Shown here one piece after another: positions 59,332 to 64,000 of a DNA stretch of 64,000 nucleotides (the first letter of the stretch is position 1; every line of letters begins with the position of its first letter). Position numbers and translations under genes: made by a program. The stretch lies in contig JASHQQ010000067.1 of NCBI GenBank assembly GCA_030039035.1, forward strand, positions 110-64,109, written 5' to 3'. This stretch comes from Acidobacteriaceae bacterium. Its GTDB lineage: Bacteria; Acidobacteriota; Terriglobia; Terriglobales; Acidobacteriaceae. The notes beneath the pieces are model-generated. The model searched no databases and had not been told where the DNA came from. It saw only the letters and a program-made list of their open reading frames with translations.

Positions 59332-59715
59332 TCAGGCGGTCTTCAGCAACGGCAATACGCGGGCCCGAATCTGCTCGATGCTGAACGGCTTGGGAATGAA
59401 GTACTGCGCCCCCGCCGCCAGCGCCTGCTTGGCGCGGTCCAGGCTCGCCTCGGTCGTGATCATGACTACCGGCACGCCGGGAGCCAGATCCTGCGAGCGC
59501 AACTGGCGGAGGAACTCCAATCCGTCCATCGAAGGCATATTAATATCGGTAAGGATCAGATCGACCGGCTTGCTTTTCAGCGTCTCCAGCGCGTCGGCTC
59601 CGTTGCTGGCCTCGTACGCCAGCAGGGAATCGAGGCCCGCCTGGCGCAGGGAACGTTCCACGATCTTGCGCATCACCGAAGAATCGTCGACGATGAGGAC
59701 TCGCACTTCGCTCAC
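59332..59715 (-). CDS. cheY: Second CheY-like response regulator
   Basis: GTG start after SD AGGAG. 'LIVDDSSVMRKIV', 'LTDINMP.MDGLEF', 'MITTE', 'KPF'. Confidence 0.92.
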   Translation of the reverse strand: MSEVRVLIVDDSSVMRKIVERSLRQAGLDSLLAYEASNGADALETLKSKPVDLILTDINMPSMDGLEFLRQLRSQDLAPGVPVVMITTEASLDRAKQALAAGAQYFIPKPFSIEQIRARVLPLLKTA

Positions 59716-59738
59716 GGATACACTCCTTCGCGATTGCC

Positions 59739-59765
59739 TTATCGACTGTTCCGCGCGGGACTTGA
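59739..59765 (-). promoter_or_regulatory. Sigma28-type promoter of cheY-cheX
   Basis: Minus strand TCAA-N15-GTCGATAA. Confidence 0.6.
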
Positions 59766-59871
59766 ATGCTTCATCCCGGAGCATGGACCGGACGGCTCGT
59801 CTTTCCGCCTTGTTGGAGCCGCAAGGCGGCGTGGCTTTTGGCCTGAAGTCGATTCCGGGAGGCCGCATCGC

Positions 59872-61053
59872 ATGGCGCGGGCATCGGATGTTCTCGTAAT
59901 CGGACTGGGCGCGATGGGCAGCGCGGCCGCGGCGTGGCTGGCTGAAAACGGATATCGCGTGACGGCTTTCGACCGCTTTGTTCCGCCGCATGCGCACGGC
60001 TCGTCGCACGGGCGCTCGCGAATCTTTCGCCAGGCGTACTGGGAAGACTCGCGCTACGTGGAATTGCTGCTGCGCGCCGGCTCCCTGTGGGCGAAGCTGG
60101 AACGCGACAGCGGTGTGCGATTGCTTCACGTCACCGGTGGTCTGATGATCGGACCATTCGACGGGCAGCTCGTGAAGCGCAGCGCGGAAAGCGCGCGAAG
60201 ATACGGACTGCCGCATGAGATCTTTGCCGCCGGCGAGCTGCGCAGGCGCTGGCCGGTCTTCCGCGCCGGCGACGATACCGTCGCGCTGCTGGAGCATGGC
60301 GCCGGGTATCTCATTCCCGAGGCTTGCATCGAACAACAACTTCGCCAGGCCGCTCGCCATGGCGCGCGCTTGCAGCTCGACGAAGAGGTGCTCGCATGGA
60401 GCGCGGGATCCGGAGAAGTTCGCGTAAAAACGGGGCAAGGAGTCTACGCCGCCGGACATCTGGTCATTGCGGCCGGTCCGTGGGCGCCGCAGGTCCTCGC
60501 GGAAATGAAGTTGCCCATGCAGGCGACCCGGCAAGTGGTCTTCTGGTTCGCGCCCGATGGGGATCTCGCGCAGTTTCGCGAAGACCGGCTGCCGGTTTAT
60601 CTGTTCGGGACCGGGGACGAGCATCCGATTGTGTATGGTTTTCCCCTGACCGGAGCGGATGCGGAAGGCGTGAAGGTGGCCGTGCATGGCGGCGGCGAGG
60701 TCTGCACTCCGGAAACGGTCGGCCGCGAGATTCGCGCCGAAGACGAGCAGCTCATTCGGCGCCGGCTCGCGGAGACATTGCCCTCGCTTGCCGGAAGAGT
60801 CGTCAAGGCCGAAACCTGCCTCTACACCATGACTCCGGACGAACATTTCATTCTTGGCGTTCATCCTCATCATCCGCGTGTGACGCTGGCGGCGGGATTC
60901 TCCGGCCATGGCTTCAAATTCGCGCCGGTCATCGGGGAGATTCTGGGCGAACTGGCAACCCGCGGCGAGTCACGTTTCGACTTCGGAATGTTTTCGCCGG
61001 ACCGGTTTGCGGCCGTTCCGCGCGCCGAAGCGCAGCCAGGTCCCCGATCATAA
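59872..61053 (+). CDS. solA: N-methyl-L-tryptophan oxidase / monomeric sarcosine oxidase family
   Basis: 'VIGLGAMGSAAA', 'HAHGSSHG.SRIFR.AY.E', 'CLYTMTPDEHF', 'GFSGHGFKFAPVIGE'. Confidence 0.92.
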   Translation: MARASDVLVIGLGAMGSAAAAWLAENGYRVTAFDRFVPPHAHGSSHGRSRIFRQAYWEDSRYVELLLRAGSLWAKLERDSGVRLLHVTGGLMIGPFDGQLVKRSAESARRYGLPHEIFAAGELRRRWPVFRAGDDTVALLEHGAGYLIPEACIEQQLRQAARHGARLQLDEEVLAWSAGSGEVRVKTGQGVYAAGHLVIAAGPWAPQVLAEMKLPMQATRQVVFWFAPDGDLAQFREDRLPVYLFGTGDEHPIVYGFPLTGADAEGVKVAVHGGGEVCTPETVGREIRAEDEQLIRRRLAETLPSLAGRVVKAETCLYTMTPDEHFILGVHPHHPRVTLAAGFSGHGFKFAPVIGEILGELATRGESRFDFGMFSPDRFAAVPRAEAQPGPRS

Positions 61054-61162
61054 AGCCGGCGGGGTTGAACAAAAGCGGCCTCCGGACGACGCGGAAAAAA
61101 AGGGATGCATCGGAAGCGCCTCCGGGGGCGTCTTTACCTTGGGGTACGGTCGCCGCACCCCG

Positions 61163-61194
61163 TGCTTTGGCATACGTTCCCTGCTTTGGCATAC
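61163..61194. repeat. 13-bp perfect direct repeat upstream of the cytochrome c gene
   Basis: TGCTTTGGCATAC at 61163-61175 and 61182-61194 (19-bp period). Confidence 0.7.
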
Positions 61195-61357
61195 TGATGA
61201 AGGCGCGGTAGTGCGCAGCCTTTCCGCTGCTCGCGAACCGGCCGGGCGATCCGCGCCAGGAGACAAGGACGCGGCGTTCCATGCCCTCGCGGTCTGAGGC
61301 GGCCATGAAGTACCCGCAAAGACCGGGCTGCCACATCGCAATCCAAGGATAAACCGG

Positions 61358-61744
61358 ATGTTCTCACGGAAAACAAGAAGGATGGACCCCTCGATCTCAG
61401 CGCGCAGGCCGTGCGCCGCCGCGATTCTCGCTTTGTCCGCATCGCTCGTGGTTGCGGTATATTTCGCGCCCTCCTCTGCCGCGGCAGGCACCCTCGGCGG
61501 CCGCGCCAGGCTCGGTCAGGCGATCTTTCAGCAGCGTTGCATCACTTGCCACAACAAGCAACCTGGAGACACCTCGCCTTTTGGCCCGCCCAATCTCAAC
61601 GGGATCTTCCGGGGGCCGTCGCCGCTCACGGCGAAGCAGGCAACGAACATCATTGAAAACGGGAAGTCCACCATGCCGGCATTTGGCAGCGTGCTGACAC
61701 GGAGCGATGTCGACAACCTGATCGCTTATCTCAGGACGCGGTGA
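61358..61744 (+). CDS. Small monoheme cytochrome c
   Basis: Signal peptide, 'G.AIF...CITCH', 'GPPNL.GI', 'MPAF...L...DV.NLIAYL'. Start 61358 or 61382. Confidence 0.9.
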   Translation: MFSRKTRRMDPSISARRPCAAAILALSASLVVAVYFAPSSAAAGTLGGRARLGQAIFQQRCITCHNKQPGDTSPFGPPNLNGIFRGPSPLTAKQATNIIENGKSTMPAFGSVLTRSDVDNLIAYLRTR

Positions 61745-61765
61745 GCCGGCAATCGCGGCCGTCCC

Positions 61766-64000
61766 TCATTGCACCTTCAAGGTGAACTGGATGGACTGCG
61801 TCACATTGCTCGCGCCGGTCATCGCTCCGGTGGGCGAGGCGACCGCGTTGATGGTGACGGTGGACGTGCCGGTCGGAGTGACGAAAGCGGTTGTGCCGCC
61901 GCACGCGGAGATTCCCGTCAGCGAACCCAGGACGACGACCGCCGCCGCGCATTGCATCCACAAGCGGCGTCTCGCCCTCCGGTTGCTTGCCACCCCGAAG
62001 AGGCTCAGTCCGAGCAGAAGTCCGCTCCACCAGAAAACCCCGGTCGGGGTGACCACCGGCGCCTGATCCACCAGCACGTTGAGCGTGGTGGTGAGAACCG
62101 GCACATTGATGGGCACCGCACCGGTTGCGCTGAGCGACAGAACCGCGGGAACGAACTGACACGTCGCGTGGGCCGGCAACCCGCTGCAGGAAAAGTCCAC
62201 TCCTCCCGTAAATCCGGCCCAGGAAGTCACCGAAATCGTCGAAGTTCCCGGAGCGCCCTGTGACGACGTGATGTTCGGCGCGCTTTCGGCCAGCACGAAC
62301 TTCGGCGGCGTGACGATCAACTGCGTCGGCTGCGACGCAGAGGAGATGTAGTTGGAATTCCCCATGAAAGTCGCGATGACAGGATACGTGCCTTCGGGAA
62401 TCGTGGTGGTGGTCAGCACCGCTGTGTAGACGGTCGCGGCGCCGACGGTTGTGCCGGTTACCGTTGCCGTTCCCAAAATCTTGTTCCCGCCCGAGAAAAC
62501 CACCGGCCCGGAGAGCGCGCCGGCGATCGACGGAACGACGGTCGCCGTCATGGTGACGCTGTCGCCGGTATTTGTGGGGTTCGGAGGCTCGATGGTGAGC
62601 GGGTTCACGGCGTAGCCCACAATCGAAAGCGTGGTCGCGGAAGGATCCGGAGTCACCACGATCGTTATGGGGCTGGACGCGCCGGGCGCATAGTGATTGT
62701 CGCCGCTGTAGCTGACGGCAATGGTATGACTGCCTCCGCTCAACCCTTTGAGCGTAAGCGAAGCCGTGCCGGAGGCGTTCAGGGTCAGCGGCTGGCCGTT
62801 GGCTCCATCCACGATGAAGATCACGGTTCCGGTCGGCGTGCCGAAGACTCCGCTCATGCGGCTGACGGTCACCTCCACGGTGACCGATGTGCCGTAGCTG
62901 ATCGTCCCGCCGCCGGGCGCAATTTTCGCCAGCGACACCTTGGGAATCGTCAGGTTCACGGTATCGCCGGTGAGCAGCAGCGACGCCGAAGAGGTGTTTT
63001 GCGCCTTGGTGCCGAAATCCAGCGTGTATTGTTGATCGCCCTCCAACGACTTGCTCGGGGCAAAGACCGTGTCGAGCGTACAAGTGGATCCGGCGGCGAG
63101 CAGTGGCAGGCCGGCGCAGCCGCCGCTGGCGGGCGAGGTAACCAGGAACGGCGTTCCCGTGGGCGGCGGATAGAGCGGCTTGTCAAAAGTCAGGTCCGCC
63201 GGACCGGAACTGGCCAGCACGGCCGTTTCTTCCACGCTGGTGCTGCCTCCGTTCACACGGCCGAAAGCGATCAATCCCGAGGTTCGGTTCAGGAATTCAA
63301 CGACGCCATTGGTGTTGTCCGTGGCATAGATATTTCCGGTCGCGTCCAACTGGACGGAGTGGGGGCTGGCAATTGTGGTGTTGATCGTGACCTGATCGCT
63401 GGTGGTCAGCACGCCGTTCTCCAGGGGAACGCGCACAATGCGGCCGTTTCCCTGGTCGGCGATCAGAATGCTCCCCGATGCATCGAGCGCCACGCCCGCG
63501 GGAGCGCTCAGGCTGCTGCCCACCGTGCTGCTGGCTCCATCGGAAAACTTCACCACGACATTGTCCCCGGTGTCGGCGATGTAAAGGTTCCCCGCGGAAT
63601 CCGCCGTCACAGCCTCCGGCGCTTTCAGCCCGCTCACCTGGGGGGTGGTCAAGGGACTCGAGCCCAGGCCGCCGCGGCTTACAAAGGCGAGCACGTCGTC
63701 ATTGCCCGTCTCGGGGATAAACAGCGTGCCGCCGGGATCGACGGCCAGTTGACCGGGAGCCTTGACGTTGCTCAACAGGGTGCTTTGCGCGGCGGGGTCA
63801 AGCGCGCCACCGGAGTTGGGAATCATGACAATGCGATCGTTTCCGGTGTCGGAGATGTAGAGGTTGCCTCCGGCGTCTACCGCAACACCGGCGGGCTGTC
63901 TCAGCCCGCTGCCCAGTGCCGTGCCCGAGCCCTTGCCGCCGGGAAACTCATAGACCGAGTCCGAGGCCGCATCGGCAACGAACACATTGCCGGCAGCGTC
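61766..64000 (-). CDS. Large NHL-repeat/Ig-like (Big_3) surface protein, 5'-truncated, with C-terminal TM hairpin and lipobox
   Basis: Frame open to the window edge. 'P.GVAVD..GNLYI.DTGN.RI' repeats, 'PTGTV.F..DG...G.H.I...YSGD.HY' Ig domains, C-terminal TM-RRARRR-hydrophobic-ISAC-GG. Confidence 0.88.
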   Translation of the reverse strand, partial: DAAGNVFVADAASDSVYEFPGGKGSGTALGSGLRQPAGVAVDAGGNLYISDTGNDRIVMIPNSGGALDPAAQSTLLSNVKAPGQLAVDPGGTLFIPETGNDDVLAFVSRGGLGSSPLTTPQVSGLKAPEAVTADSAGNLYIADTGDNVVVKFSDGASSTVGSSLSAPAGVALDASGSILIADQGNGRIVRVPLENGVLTTSDQVTINTTIASPHSVQLDATGNIYATDNTNGVVEFLNRTSGLIAFGRVNGGSTSVEETAVLASSGPADLTFDKPLYPPPTGTPFLVTSPASGGCAGLPLLAAGSTCTLDTVFAPSKSLEGDQQYTLDFGTKAQNTSSASLLLTGDTVNLTIPKVSLAKIAPGGGTISYGTSVTVEVTVSRMSGVFGTPTGTVIFIVDGANGQPLTLNASGTASLTLKGLSGGSHTIAVSYSGDNHYAPGASSPITIVVTPDPSATTLSIVGYAVNPLTIEPPNPTNTGDSVTMTATVVPSIAGALSGPVVFSGGNKILGTATVTGTTVGAATVYTAVLTTTTIPEGTYPVIATFMGNSNYISSASQPTQLIVTPPKFVLAESAPNITSSQGAPGTSTISVTSWAGFTGGVDFSCSGLPAHATCQFVPAVLSLSATGAVPINVPVLTTTLNVLVDQAPVVTPTGVFWWSGLLLGLSLFGVASNRRARRRLWMQCAAAVVVLGSLTGISACGGTTAFVTPTGTSTVTINAVASPTGAMTGASNVTQSIQFTLKVQ

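Noticed and set aside
61194-61240. CTGATGA suggesting a hammerhead ribozyme core
   Set aside because: No GAAA follows a closing stem II, and no compatible stems I and III are present.

Overview
GC-rich chromosomal window that looks like Acidobacteriota (Acidobacteriaceae-like). The taxonomy is inferred from the PadR + duplicated orphan permease pair, the giant NHL/Ig surface proteins and the repeat families. Both ends fall inside large secreted NHL/Ig-repeat proteins. In order, the window holds: a YjgC-type formate dehydrogenase-like gene with a DUF1641 gene and an OFA-type transporter; tRNA-Ser(GCT); housekeeping genes (ppa, purS, glmS, rlmB, tdh, mntR/mntH); a GH29 fucosidase; a compact four-gene membrane-bound [NiFe]-hydrogenase operon with O2-tolerance signatures; an ECF sigma module; hicAB; two ADOP permeases; a chemosensory region with three sigma28-type promoters; a porin; solA; and a cytochrome c. 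I see no CRISPR array, integrase, transposase or rRNA. Four observations stand out. (1) The last ORF ends in an Ig-like domain that appears to be interrupted by a membrane hairpin carrying an internal lipobox, a candidate undescribed surface-anchoring system. (2) A palindromic intergenic repeat family has one copy sitting in frame inside an MFS transporter gene. (3) An ECF sigma locus has twin promoters and a hairpin that occludes a start region. (4) An M1-like protein lacks the catalytic Glu. All product calls come from motif recognition by eye; no database searches were run.
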